From Nitrosopumilus sp. (GTDB lineage Archaea > Thermoproteota > Nitrososphaeria > Nitrososphaerales > Nitrosopumilaceae), in contig OZ242186.1 of assembly GCA_965205675.1 (NCBI GenBank), positions 1,888,001-1,952,000 on the forward strand: a stretch of DNA of 64,000 bases, given 5' to 3'. The notes below the pieces were generated by a model. The model did no database searches and was not told the DNA's origin. It was given only the letters and a program-made list of their open reading frames with translations. The position numbers and the translations under genes were made by a program. Below are positions 17,639 to 27,781 of this stretch, piece by piece (the first letter of the stretch is position 1; each line of letters starts with the position of its first letter).

Positions 17639-18679
17639 ATGGAAAATAGAGAAGAGACTAGAAAGATCCAGTTTACGGGTAAATCATCTTACATTGTATC
17701 ATTACCAAAACAATGGATTATGGAATTAGGTCTCAAGCAAGGAGACCAAATCAGAATGATTCGAAAAGGTTCATCAACATTAGAGCTTTATCCTCCAAAA
17801 TTTGAATCACGTGCACACACAAAAGAAGATGCAGTAATTGAGATTAAAGGAGATGAGGAAGCATCATCAATTGTTCGAAAATTAATTTCATTGTACTTTT
17901 TAGGATTCAAGACGATTAATGTAAAACCAAAAAATGGTAGATTAAGTGCACGTCAAAGAAATACGGTCAAAGGAGCAGTAAAACGAATGCTAATGGGTTC
18001 AGAAATAATTGCTGATTCTAGTGACGGAATTACAGTACAGGTTCTAGTTAATTTATTAGAATTATCAGTAGACGGTGCTTTCAAAAGAATGATTCATTTA
18101 GCAAAATCAATGTCAAGTGATGCAATTCTGGCAGTAAAAGAAAATAATATAGAATTAGCCCAAGAAGTCATCAACACAGATGATGAAGTGGATAGATTTG
18201 GGTTTTACATTATTCGTCAATTAAAGATTGCAATCCAAAATGAACATATGTTAGAAGAAATGGGTTTTAGAAATGCCAGAAATTGTTTAGGATATAGGTT
18301 GGTTGTAAAAAACATAGAAAGAACAGGAGATCATGCTGCATTTATTGCCAAAGATCTAATTGAATTTAAAAAATCAGTGAAAAAAGAAATTTTGCAGAAA
18401 TTACAGGAGATGAATGAATTTTGTTTGTCTGTTTTAGATGATTCATGTCTTGCATTATTCAAAGAAGATTATAATCAAGCAGAAAAAACAATTACAGAAA
18501 TTAATGAGATTACCAAATATGAGAAAAAAGTCAGAGATGCCTCAAAATCATTAAAAGATGATGAGGAGATTTACAGAGTCAGAAGAATGACTGAAAATAT
18601 TAGAAGGGTTTCCGAATATGCTAGCGATATAGCAGAAATAGTTTTGAATATGAACATAGAGAAAACACTAAAAAAATAG
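17639..18679 (+). CDS. Phosphate uptake regulator PhoU with N-terminal AbrB domain
   Basis: RKIQFTGKSSYIVSLPKQW, DDEVDR, IERTGDHA. Confidence 0.9.
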   Translation: MENREETRKIQFTGKSSYIVSLPKQWIMELGLKQGDQIRMIRKGSSTLELYPPKFESRAHTKEDAVIEIKGDEEASSIVRKLISLYFLGFKTINVKPKNGRLSARQRNTVKGAVKRMLMGSEIIADSSDGITVQVLVNLLELSVDGAFKRMIHLAKSMSSDAILAVKENNIELAQEVINTDDEVDRFGFYIIRQLKIAIQNEHMLEEMGFRNARNCLGYRLVVKNIERTGDHAAFIAKDLIEFKKSVKKEILQKLQEMNEFCLSVLDDSCLALFKEDYNQAEKTITEINEITKYEKKVRDASKSLKDDEEIYRVRRMTENIRRVSEYASDIAEIVLNMNIEKTLKK

Positions 18680-18736
18680 GATAATTTATTAAATGTCCAA
18701 TACAATTAACTTAGATTCCATCAAAAATGAATTAAA

Positions 18737-19858
18737 ATGAATTCAGCAATTCTGATCACATATGACCAAGAAGATTCAATAAATGAGGCTAAAGGATTAT
18801 GTGATGCAGCAGGATACAAAATAGTCCACATTATCAAACAAAATTATCTTCAGAAACCAAAGTATGGCATCAGTGGTGGAGTACTAGAAAAACTAGAAGA
18901 AATATCAGAAAAATTAAGACCAGATGTAATTATATACGATGAAATTCTAAAACCAAGTCAAAATTACAATCTTGCAACAGTATTACATAGAGAAGTGTTA
19001 GATAGAGAAGCACTAATTCTTGAGATTTTTGAAAGTAGGGCATCAAGTGCAGAATCAAAATTACAAGTAAAATTAGCACAATTAAGATATGAAATGGCCA
19101 GAGCTAAAGAAAAAGTTAGGCTTGCAAACATTGGTGAGCAACCAGGATTTATGGGAATAGGAAAATTTGAAGTTGATGTGTATTATAATGACATCAAACA
19201 TAGAATGCAAACAATAAGATCAAAACTTGAAAAAGCAGGAAAACAAAGAGAGTTACACAGACAGGGAAGAAAGAGAATGGGATTTAAGACCATATCACTT
19301 GCAGGGTATACTTCTGCAGGAAAGACAACATTATTTAACAAAACAACAGGTGAAACAAGAACTCAAAGCAAAGAATTGTTCACAACTCTTACTACAACTA
19401 CACGACGATTAATTATAAATCAAGAATCATTTTTAATTGCAGATACAGTTGGATTTATCAGTAAATTACCAGCCTATATGATTGATGCATTCAAATCAAC
19501 ATTAGAAGAATTAGCACATACTGATATGATTATTTTGGTAATTGATATCAATGACTCATTGTCTGAACTAAAAAAGAAATTTTCTAGTTGTATGAGAACA
19601 TTAAATGAATTAGGAGTTGAACAAGATAAAGTAGTTTATGCTTTAAACAAATCAGACATGCTAAAAGATGAAGAAATTGAACAAAAAATTCATAATCTTA
19701 ATTTAACTGAAAATAAAAAACTAATTTCAGTTTCTGCAAAAACTGGAAAAAATATCAATGAATTAAAAAAGTTAATCAGAGAAATTATAGAGAATCAAAA
19801 TTTTCATAAACCAAAAAATAATCCATGGGAAGGAAGTGATAAGACATTTGGTAATTGA
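18737..19858 (+). CDS. hflX: GTPase HflX
   Basis: LILEIF..RA...[38 protein letters not shown]. Confidence 0.93.
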   Translation: MNSAILITYDQEDSINEAKGLCDAAGYKIVHIIKQNYLQKPKYGISGGVLEKLEEISEKLRPDVIIYDEILKPSQNYNLATVLHREVLDREALILEIFESRASSAESKLQVKLAQLRYEMARAKEKVRLANIGEQPGFMGIGKFEVDVYYNDIKHRMQTIRSKLEKAGKQRELHRQGRKRMGFKTISLAGYTSAGKTTLFNKTTGETRTQSKELFTTLTTTTRRLIINQESFLIADTVGFISKLPAYMIDAFKSTLEELAHTDMIILVIDINDSLSELKKKFSSCMRTLNELGVEQDKVVYALNKSDMLKDEEIEQKIHNLNLTENKKLISVSAKTGKNINELKKLIREIIENQNFHKPKNNPWEGSDKTFGN

Positions 19859-20381
19859 AGTAGTTAGGATTGGACAGCGTGTTGTAAGAGACGATAGAGT
19901 AACAACTCATGTTGCATTGGTTTCTAGAGGATTTGGCGCAGAGCGAATTTACATGACTGAAGTAAATCCAGAAATTAAAGAAACAGTTGAGAAGATCAAC
20001 AATACATGGGGAGGTAATTTTGAAGTCAAATTTATTGAAAAATGGAAAACAATTATAAAAAATAAGAAAGATGAAGGATTCAAAATTGTTCATCTTTCGA
20101 TGTACGGAAAAAGCATCAACGACATTCAAGAAAAGATCAGAGGCGAAGAGAATCTGTTAATTGTTGTAGGTGCAGAAAAAGTTCCAAAAGAAATTTATGA
20201 GTTAGCAGATTATAATGTAGGAGTAGGAAGTCAGCCTCATTCAGAGATTAGTGCTTTGGCAATTCTTTTGGATCGTATACAAAAAGGGAAACAATTTGAA
20301 AAAGAGTTTTCAAATGCAAAGCGAAAGATAATTCCCACTAAAAATGGTAAAAATGTGCAAATAAAAGAAACAAGGGATTAA
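19836..20381 (+). CDS. trm56: tRNA (cytidine(56)-2'-O)-methyltransferase
   Basis: [38 protein letters not shown]. Confidence 0.92.
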   Translation: MIRHLVIEVVRIGQRVVRDDRVTTHVALVSRGFGAERIYMTEVNPEIKETVEKINNTWGGNFEVKFIEKWKTIIKNKKDEGFKIVHLSMYGKSINDIQEKIRGEENLLIVVGAEKVPKEIYELADYNVGVGSQPHSEISALAILLDRIQKGKQFEKEFSNAKRKIIPTKNGKNVQIKETRD

Positions 20382-20407
20382 TAGTAGAAAATTAGGAGTG
20401 ATTAGAG

Positions 20408-20923
20408 TTGGTAGACAAATACGAAGATCCTTTTGTTAGAATTGCTTCAATGATTGGAGGAGATGAATACCTCAAAGTAGCAAGATCTCTACTAAAAGCT
20501 GAGGATGCAACAGATGAAGAGATTGCTAGTTCTACAGGTCTTAGAATCAACATGGTTCGAAAAGTACTGTATGACTTGTTTGGAAAGTCTCTCATTACAG
20601 GAATTAGAGTTAAGGATGAAAGAAAAGGATGGTTTGTCTATAGATGGAGAACCAGAAGAGAAGAAGTTGAACACTTTATTGAAAACCAAAAGAAGAAAAT
20701 AGATGAAAGATTACAACAGAGATTAGATTATGAAAATGCTTCAGACTTTTATCATTGTGGAAATCAAGATTGTCCTAGAGTAACTTTTGAAAATGCTCTT
20801 GACGGAATGTTCAAATGCCCATCATGTCAAAATGTATTGAATCTAAAAAAGAATGATAAATCAAAAAAGGCATATCAAAAGAAAATTGATGAAATCAAAA
20901 AAGATATGCAACAAACATTTTGA
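20408..20923 (+). CDS. tfe: Transcription factor E (TFE alpha)
   Basis: ATDEEIA...LRIN.VRK.LY.L winged helix, GW..Y.W, Zn ribbon C...C, CPSC. Confidence 0.92.
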   Translation: MVDKYEDPFVRIASMIGGDEYLKVARSLLKAEDATDEEIASSTGLRINMVRKVLYDLFGKSLITGIRVKDERKGWFVYRWRTRREEVEHFIENQKKKIDERLQQRLDYENASDFYHCGNQDCPRVTFENALDGMFKCPSCQNVLNLKKNDKSKKAYQKKIDEIKKDMQQTF

Positions 20924-21000
20924 TTAAATCAAATTAAAAAAACAAGTACAAAATACATCATTACCACGTTGAATTAACTATATTACAATTTTAAAAAAAA

Positions 21001-21273
21001 CTAGTTCTCAAAGTCATCATCATCGTCATCACATTCTTCCAACTCAACATGAGTTGGATTACCATCATCATCAAAAAAAATCTCAATACATACATTAGTT
21101 GCCAAAGTAGAGACTAAAATCTCAGTTAATTCTTTAGGAAAATTTCCTAATCTACTAGGATCTGAGGAATGTCGATAAATTGTAATATCATCTTCATGAT
21201 AAAAATCAAATTCAATATCACCATTAACAAATTTTCTTACTGTTGTTACTTGACCAAATACACTATGTGCCAA
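21001..21273 (-). CDS. Hypothetical protein with acidic C-tail
   Basis: 90-aa ORF starting 2 bp downstream of the hemerythrin gene. Confidence 0.65.
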   Translation of the reverse strand: MAHSVFGQVTTVRKFVNGDIEFDFYHEDDITIYRHSSDPSRLGNFPKELTEILVSTLATNVCIEIFFDDDGNPTHVELEECDDDDDDFEN

Positions 21274-21275
21274 AT

Positions 21276-21833
21276 TTAATTACCTTGTTGAGAAACATCT
21301 TTTGCAAGATTTTCTGCTAATTGTTCATAATGCTCTCTAGTTTTACCTAATTCATCAAATTTTGATTTTTCAATTTCCTTAAGTTCCTTGTCAACTTTTT
21401 CTGAAACATATTGTAATCGTGTTTCAGCCATCATGAATAATTTATTATTCTCTTTCCACAAATGTTCTGTAATATGTTCAACATATTCTTGCATGTTACT
21501 TACTAATTTTGTAGAATCTCCTGAGAGAAGATATTCTTTTGTAGATATTTCCATTTCAGTACCAATTTCGCGTGAACGTTGATGATCAATTAGCATCATT
21601 GCAATTGGTCCCATATTGGTAGGTAAACCAGCTTGTTCTAAAGCTGGAAATAATGATTTTTCCTCTTTACTGTGATGACAAACATCAGTAAAGTTTTTTG
21701 AAAAATCAATTACAGGCAATAGTATAGATTCAGGGATTTGTTTGCCATCATTTAGTAATTGAATAGTAGATTCCATTGCTTTAATGACTTTTTCAATTAA
21801 TTCATGATCACGTCTTAATGATTCTGTAGACAT
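21276..21833 (-). CDS. Hemerythrin-domain protein
   Basis: L..DH..I, CHHSKEE..LFP, GPI..ML.DH, EH..KEN..LF. Confidence 0.9.
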   Translation of the reverse strand: MSTESLRRDHELIEKVIKAMESTIQLLNDGKQIPESILLPVIDFSKNFTDVCHHSKEEKSLFPALEQAGLPTNMGPIAMMLIDHQRSREIGTEMEISTKEYLLSGDSTKLVSNMQEYVEHITEHLWKENNKLFMMAETRLQYVSEKVDKELKEIEKSKFDELGKTREHYEQLAENLAKDVSQQGN

Positions 21834-21935
21834 AATTGAATAAAATTAAATCCAATATCTATATCTTATTCATTATAAGAAAAATAATTAAAAGATAGAA
21901 GTTAGTTAACGATGATTCGCTAACATATGTTGGGT

Positions 21936-22157
21936 TTAACGATTAGAAAGGTCCTTTGATTTTACAAATGCCCAAATCTTTTTTGTCATTTCACTTGGTG
22001 CAATTGGTTTTTTACCAAATACTTGTTCTACAGTTTCAGAACGTCCTGCGAAACTGATTGCATATCCTCCAAATGCAGGTTTTGTAGCTTTTGATTTAGT
22101 TGCTTTCTTTTTTGGAACTGCTTTCTTTTTTGTTGTAGTTTTCTTTTTAATTACCAA
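21936..22157 (-). CDS. Lys-rich tail plus half SWIB/MDM2-like domain protein
   Basis: E.VFG..PI.PSEMTKKIWAFVKSKDL resembles the SWIB core (VVK.LW.YIK..L). Confidence 0.7.
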   Translation of the reverse strand: MVIKKKTTTKKKAVPKKKATKSKATKPAFGGYAISFAGRSETVEQVFGKKPIAPSEMTKKIWAFVKSKDLSNR

Positions 22158-22193
22158 TCTCTTGTAATTTTATTTCAAATAAAGTATAATAAC

Positions 22194-22868
22194 TTACACT
22201 TTCAGATAATTCAAAATAAGATGATTTTTGAGCGTCTTGACAGATTTAAGTCGTAGATTAGGGGATTTGGATATTTTATCAAATCCATCACCTTGAACAA
22301 GCGATATTGAATTTTTCCCTCCTATCAAAAATGGAGAAACGGTAAGAATTAATTCATCAAAAAGACTTTGTTTAATAAATTCCCAATTTACTGTTCCACC
22401 ACCTTCAACTAAAATTGTGGATATTTTTCTATCTGAAAGTTTCTTCAAAAGAGACTTGATGTTAACAGAATTTTTTCCAGTAATAATTATTTGAACTGGA
22501 TGTTTTTTTAATTTTTGAAGGTTGGATTTGGATATTTTTTCTGACACAGCTATAATTGTTGGAACAACAGATGATGTTTGTAGGATTTTTGATTTTGAGG
22601 AGATTTCACCTTTAGAATCTAGTATGATTCTAACAGGGTTTTTTCCTTTAGTGTAACGTACAGTCAATAAAGGGTTATCACGTAACAGGGTATTCTTTCC
22701 AATAAGTATTCCATCTACCTTTGTTCTTAGTTTATGTAATCTATGAAGATCGTCACTAGAGGAAAGTTTTGAATTCCCTGTTCTTGTAGCAATTTTACCA
22801 TCAATAGAAACTGCTGCACTTAAAATTACATAAGACTTAGAGCTTTCCATATACGATTTCTCCTCCAA
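22194..22868 (-). CDS. 2,5-diamino-6-(ribosylamino)-4(3H)-pyrimidinone 5'-phosphate reductase (RibD C-terminal/Rib7)
   Basis: A.SIDGKIA, H.LR..VDGIL.G.NT..RDNP.LT.R, VEGGG. Confidence 0.9.
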   Translation of the reverse strand: MEEKSYMESSKSYVILSAAVSIDGKIATRTGNSKLSSSDDLHRLHKLRTKVDGILIGKNTLLRDNPLLTVRYTKGKNPVRIILDSKGEISSKSKILQTSSVVPTIIAVSEKISKSNLQKLKKHPVQIIITGKNSVNIKSLLKKLSDRKISTILVEGGGTVNWEFIKQSLFDELILTVSPFLIGGKNSISLVQGDGFDKISKSPNLRLKSVKTLKNHLILNYLKV

Positions 22869-24027
22869 TCATTACAGCCTTGATTGTAGATTCAGATGCT
22901 CTATGAACAATTGATGCATGTGGATTATGCATTGGTTCTAAATCTAATGCATGTTTATCCAAAAATATACAATCAGCAATTTTTCCAGATTCAATACTTC
23001 CAATATTTTTATTTAGAATTTTTCCACCATTTACTGTAGCCATTTTAAGAATTTCTTTGGGATCGATTCGTTTTTTATGTAATCCCATAGTGACCTTCCA
23101 AATAAAATCCATTTCTCTAAACATGTCAGGAGAATTTATCATAACATTATCTGTGCCTAAAGCTAGAGTACAACCAGCTTTTTGCATTAAATCAATATCA
23201 GGAATTCCTTCAGATAGTGCTGAATTAGCTCTAGGACAAATTACAATTCCTCTTATTTTTTTAGATGCAGTTAGAAGATCAGATTTTGAAGCATATGTCA
23301 TATGAACTAGAAAATCAGGTTTTAGAATTAAAGCTCTAATTACTTCAGATACTCCGGTTATTTTTTTTGATTGTGTTGTACTTTGTTTAGTTTCAGCAGA
23401 ATGAATTGCTCGAAGTTTTGGTGTTTTTGAATATTTATTTAATACAAAATCACTATTTTCATTTGCACCACTTACACCAATGCCATCACATTTTTTTAGT
23501 AAATCAAGTAATTGCGCAGATTTTGTGCTTGGAAATGATGATTTTTTTTTAATTTCTTTGGCATCTTGATAAAATTCCATTCGTCCTAAAATTATTGAAC
23601 GTAAAGGAATATCTTTTAGGACTTTCTTTAATAAAACAACGCCATCTAGTTCGCCTTCTCTAAAATCAACAAAAGTAGTAATTCCCTTTCCAAGCATTGA
23701 ATAACATGCATTTTTCATAAAATTTCCCAAGTTTTGGTTTGAAGTGTTTTTGAGTATTTTTGATTTGACACCAAATACAGGATGAATTTTTTCATCAACT
23801 GTATTGTTTAAAGAAATATCTTTTCCAATAGAATCTCCAATATGGGTATGAGCATTAATGAATCCAGGAATCATCAACAAACCTTCACAATCAATAGATT
23901 CTTCTTTTACATTTGATTTAATTTTTGGTTTAATTTTTTTAAATTTTTTATTTTGGATACATACATCTGTATTTAAAATAAAATCTAGGTCTTGTCCAAT
24001 TAATACACTGGTGTTTTTAATTAACAT
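22837..24027 (-). CDS. Metal-dependent amidohydrolase (deaminase-like)
   Basis: PGFINAHTH, IHSAE, LVH, CPRAN, LGTDN, ATVNG, G.IE.GK.AD; inside the rib cluster. Confidence 0.85.
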   Translation of the reverse strand: MLIKNTSVLIGQDLDFILNTDVCIQNKKFKKIKPKIKSNVKEESIDCEGLLMIPGFINAHTHIGDSIGKDISLNNTVDEKIHPVFGVKSKILKNTSNQNLGNFMKNACYSMLGKGITTFVDFREGELDGVVLLKKVLKDIPLRSIILGRMEFYQDAKEIKKKSSFPSTKSAQLLDLLKKCDGIGVSGANENSDFVLNKYSKTPKLRAIHSAETKQSTTQSKKITGVSEVIRALILKPDFLVHMTYASKSDLLTASKKIRGIVICPRANSALSEGIPDIDLMQKAGCTLALGTDNVMINSPDMFREMDFIWKVTMGLHKKRIDPKEILKMATVNGGKILNKNIGSIESGKIADCIFLDKHALDLEPMHNPHASIVHRASESTIKAVMIGGEIVYGKL

Positions 24028-24770
24028 GATAATTCATAAACTTCAGGTTTTTCTCTACCCGAATCTCGAATTTCGCGTATAGTGTCAAGAGATTTTGTGG
24101 CTAATTTTACTGCATCTCTACCAGTATTTGCATTGCCAATTCCACAATTCAACAAAATTCCATTATTTTTTACAATATTGATAAATTCCTCAACAGATTG
24201 TTTTGCTTCCTCACTTGATACCACCATAAAGTTATCACCACCCATAAAAAAAGTAAGGGAATTTTTTTTTAAAAAGAATTTAGACATTTTTGAATATAAT
24301 TCAAAAATTATTGATGAAATTTCATAAGGGGAATTGGTTTCTCTTTTTGATGTAAGATCATCAACATCCAAATGCATTATTGAGACTGTTGAGTCAGATT
24401 TTTCATAAATAAAACCAAAAATATTATTTTCTACATCTAAAACAATTTTATTTTTTTTTCCTTCATATGCTTTTAGATTAGCTGTAAAAGGAGAATTCCC
24501 ATATCCTATAGATATTGTTAATCCAATAGTAAATGATTTTTTAAGTATTTTTTGGATGTGAATATGATCTTCTAAATTCAAACCATTAGAAACTACAAAA
24601 AATTCATCAGCTCTGTTAAGAAAAACTATGCAATTTTTTTCAGAAAATAACTTTTGTATTTCTTTGTAGAGGGATGCTTGGAGCATTTGGAGTTGGTGCT
24701 CTCTATCACTATCAAGAGTTAAAGTCCAAGGACCATATTCAGTAATTTTTAAGATACTTAGTTGAATCAT
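24021..24770 (-). CDS. gch3: GTP cyclohydrolase IIa (archaeal GCH III)
   Basis: YGPWT.TL...REH.LQ.LQ, R.DE, H.DVDD.T, F.GGDNF. Confidence 0.88.
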   Translation of the reverse strand: MIQLSILKITEYGPWTLTLDSDREHQLQMLQASLYKEIQKLFSEKNCIVFLNRADEFFVVSNGLNLEDHIHIQKILKKSFTIGLTISIGYGNSPFTANLKAYEGKKNKIVLDVENNIFGFIYEKSDSTVSIMHLDVDDLTSKRETNSPYEISSIIFELYSKMSKFFLKKNSLTFFMGGDNFMVVSSEEAKQSVEEFINIVKNNGILLNCGIGNANTGRDAVKLATKSLDTIREIRDSGREKPEVYELSC

Positions 24771-25183
24771 TTTTGAATCCTTTTTAGTTCATTAGATATT
24801 TTTACAACAGCTTCTACAGCACGTTCTGCAACAGGTCTTATTCTAGCATAAGCATGTCTTTCTTGCATTCCAGGGCCAGAGATTCCCAAAGATATAGGTT
24901 TTTGATATTTTAATGATAAATCAGTAAGAGCTTGAGCTACAGCATGAGAAATAACTTCATCATGTTTTGTTTGACCTTTAATAATAGCACCCAAAGTAAC
25001 TATAGCATCAACATCATTTTTTTTAAATAATGAATCCACAACTATAGGCATGTCATAAGCTCCTGGAATCATACAGATATAAGAAATTTTTAGTTTCAAT
25101 AGATCAGCTTTCTCTTTAGCTACAGCAAGCATTCTAGATGTTATTTCTTCATTAAATTCCGAAACTACTATTGCAATATTCAA
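24767..25183 (-). CDS. ribH: 6,7-dimethyl-8-ribityllumazine synthase
   Basis: IVVSEFN, PGAYDMP, LGAIIKGQTKHD, LGISGPG. Confidence 0.93.
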   Translation of the reverse strand: MNIAIVVSEFNEEITSRMLAVAKEKADLLKLKISYICMIPGAYDMPIVVDSLFKKNDVDAIVTLGAIIKGQTKHDEVISHAVAQALTDLSLKYQKPISLGISGPGMQERHAYARIRPVAERAVEAVVKISNELKRIQK

Positions 25184-25185
25184 AA

Positions 25186-25851
25186 TTAATTCACCTTGGC
25201 GTATTCTAAAAGTTCTTTTCCATCAATTAATGGAATTCCATTTTGATCTGCAAATTTTTCAGCTTTATCTACAGATAATGCAACATAAGTTTCAGCATCC
25301 ATCATTTCACAAATTGCTGTAACAGGAGTTAAACCTGCAGCCTGTGCCAAATAAACAGACATTTCTGTATGCCCCTGACGTACAGTCAGCAAACCTTGAG
25401 ATGCAATCAACAATGGAACATGACCGGGGGTTTTAAAGGATGAAGCAAATTTTTTCTGTCTATTTTCAACATTATAGATTTTAGCCATTTCACTAATCGT
25501 TAATGCCCTATCTTTATCAGTAATCCCAGTGTATGTTTGATAATGGTTTACAGATAACGAAAAAGTGGGATGATCACCGTAAGGTGCTAATCCCATGATC
25601 ATTTCTTTATTTGGGATTGAAGATTCGGAAAGAATTTCATGCATATATTGTAAATTAAGAGATTTGGCAAAATCATTGTTTATTGCAACACACAATAATC
25701 CACCTGCATATTGTCGCATTCTTGCAACGTGTTCAGGCGTTACAAATTCTGCTGCTACAACCATATCTATTTCATTTTCTCGTCCAGCTGAATCAAATAA
25801 TAAAACAAATTCACCATGTTTCAGAGACTGCAAGGCAGAATCAAGAGACAT
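25186..25851 (-). CDS. ribB: 3,4-dihydroxy-2-butanone-4-phosphate synthase
   Basis: D...RENE.D, TGITD.DRA.T, F..PGHV, R.GHTE, ICEM. Confidence 0.93.
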   Translation of the reverse strand: MSLDSALQSLKHGEFVLLFDSAGRENEIDMVVAAEFVTPEHVARMRQYAGGLLCVAINNDFAKSLNLQYMHEILSESSIPNKEMIMGLAPYGDHPTFSLSVNHYQTYTGITDKDRALTISEMAKIYNVENRQKKFASSFKTPGHVPLLIASQGLLTVRQGHTEMSVYLAQAAGLTPVTAICEMMDAETYVALSVDKAEKFADQNGIPLIDGKELLEYAKVN

Positions 25852-25929
25852 GTGGGGGGAGATTCTTCATCTAATTATAAAGTTTACTAAAAAACTGGTA
25901 ATTACCACTAAAATTGTAGATAATTGGCT

Positions 25930-26514
25930 TTATTTTAGAATATATTTTCCAAGAATGTCAGTTTCAATATTAACTTTATCGCCTATTTTTTTTGTGTGAA
26001 AATTTGTGACATCGATTGTATGAGGAATCAATGATACAGACACGAGTGAATTTTTTACATCAACTACTGTTAAACTAATTCCATCAATTGCAATAGAACC
26101 TTTTTTTACAACAAATTTAGATAATTTTTTTGGGATTTGAAACCAAACTTGAACTTCTTTAGGTTTGTTTAAGATCTTTTTAATTATTGCAACACCATCT
26201 ACATGGCCTAAAACAAAATGTCCTTCAAGTCGATCATCAGCTTTTAGACTACGTTCAATATTTACAACTCCGCCAATTTTTAAATTTCCTAAATCAGTTT
26301 TTTTAGTAGTTTCCTCAATTATTTCAAAAATACAGCTGGATTTAGAGAGTTTAGTTGCAGTTAAACATACTCCATTTAAAGCAATACTTTGTCCAATTTT
26401 TAATCCCTTGACATGTTTACCTAAATTTACAGTCATTTGAATATTACTTCTATTTTTTGTATTTTGAGAAATTTTTTCAATTTTGCCAATTCCTTCTATA
26501 ATTCCAGTAAACAT
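25930..26514 (-). CDS. ribE: Riboflavin synthase, alpha (bacterial/eukaryotic) type
   Basis: MFTGI, SIALNGVCLT, GHFVLGHVDG, KGSIAIDGISLT, VN.E.D. Confidence 0.95.
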   Translation of the reverse strand: MFTGIIEGIGKIEKISQNTKNRSNIQMTVNLGKHVKGLKIGQSIALNGVCLTATKLSKSSCIFEIIEETTKKTDLGNLKIGGVVNIERSLKADDRLEGHFVLGHVDGVAIIKKILNKPKEVQVWFQIPKKLSKFVVKKGSIAIDGISLTVVDVKNSLVSVSLIPHTIDVTNFHTKKIGDKVNIETDILGKYILK

Positions 26515-26598
26515 TTGATTATCTAAAACACATATCTATAAAATTCTTCAGATATTCAAAGGTAATAATTTAAAATTAACGGTTTTGTTAGTTTGGAT

Positions 26599-27303
26599 TT
26601 ATTTAGAATTTAATTTTTGGAATTCATCATCACAAAATTGATGAAAAACAGAACATTTGTTTTCTTTAGCATCATTTTTAATTTTTTCCATATCTTGATT
26701 AAGAATTCCTTGTGCAGCTAAAAATGCATCGTCATTCATTCCTAATTTTTTAAATAATTGTGATTTCGTAAGAGATAATTCTTTTAATTCAGGATCAATC
26801 ATTTGTGCTTTGTCATAGTAAATTATGGCATCTTCATAATCTCCTAAATGACTAAGAGAAATGGCCTTATTCATTAAAGCTGTGATATCAGCGGGATTAA
26901 TCAGAAGTGACGTATTGTAGCATTCAAGGGCTTCTTTATGACGATTTAGTTCATTAAGAGAAATTCCCATACTGTTTAGAGCCCAAACATCTTTTGGATT
27001 AGATGTAAGAATTTGTTGACACAGTGTTAGAACTTGATCATATTGCTCTAGATTTTCTAGTGCAAAAATCTTATTTTTTAGCGCATATGTATCAGAATTT
27101 TTTATATCTAAAACCTGATTACAATAATCAATAGATTCATCATATTTTTTTAGGTAAATCAAAGATAGGGAAATATTTTGTAATGCAGTCATATCGTCTG
27201 GGGTTTTTTCAAGTAAGCTTTTACAATAAGTATACATTTCTTCATATTTTTTAGCATTAAACATTCTAGTTATTACATTAGAGGGATCAAGAAGATCTAC
27301 CAT
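26599..27303 (-). CDS. Tetratricopeptide repeat protein
   Basis: Repeated AL.N.G..L..L..Y.EA...Y..AL...P. Confidence 0.85.
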   Translation of the reverse strand: MVDLLDPSNVITRMFNAKKYEEMYTYCKSLLEKTPDDMTALQNISLSLIYLKKYDESIDYCNQVLDIKNSDTYALKNKIFALENLEQYDQVLTLCQQILTSNPKDVWALNSMGISLNELNRHKEALECYNTSLLINPADITALMNKAISLSHLGDYEDAIIYYDKAQMIDPELKELSLTKSQLFKKLGMNDDAFLAAQGILNQDMEKIKNDAKENKCSVFHQFCDDEFQKLNSK

Positions 27304-27363
27304 ACCATAAAATGAGAATTTATCCTCTTTAATCTATTCTAATTTAAATAGAAATTCATTGGA

Positions 27364-27489
27364 TCATTTCAAAACTTTACAAAGTGTTTTATTTAAGACT
27401 GTGAGATAAGTATACGATGATTATTCTAATTGAGTTAATTTTGCTTGGCGTAGTCTAAGTTTTTTGTCAAGATCTTCATCAATCATGGT
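27364..27489 (-). pseudogene. Degraded small ribbon-helix-helix-like protein
   Basis: TMIDEDLDKKLRLRQAKLTQLE*SSYTYLTVLNKTLCKVLK* with an internal TAA and an apparently lost N-terminus; resembles a small thaumarchaeal RHH family. Confidence 0.6.
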
Positions 27490-27781
27490 ATGTCAATTAA
27501 ACTATTAGTAAAACATTTTAATAGATTTTCAAGTGCTCTTAAAAAAAATTCAACGATTAATATTGAAAAATTTAATTTTACGTGGATTAATTATAGAATC
27601 AGAAAAAGTTCTAGATGAAAGTAAAAAATCTCTAAATCATAATAGGTTTTCCAGGAAACCCAACTAGATATCAAAAAAGATAAGATCGGTATTATTAAAG
27701 TCACAGATAGAAAAATATTTGAAAAAAACACAGGTATCAAAGTAATTATATAATCATTTGAATAAAATCAACTAAAAATAT

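Noticed and set aside
27490-27780. Coding-like plus-strand relic (LILRGLIIESEKVLDESKK...)
   Set aside because: Could not be assigned to any family by eye
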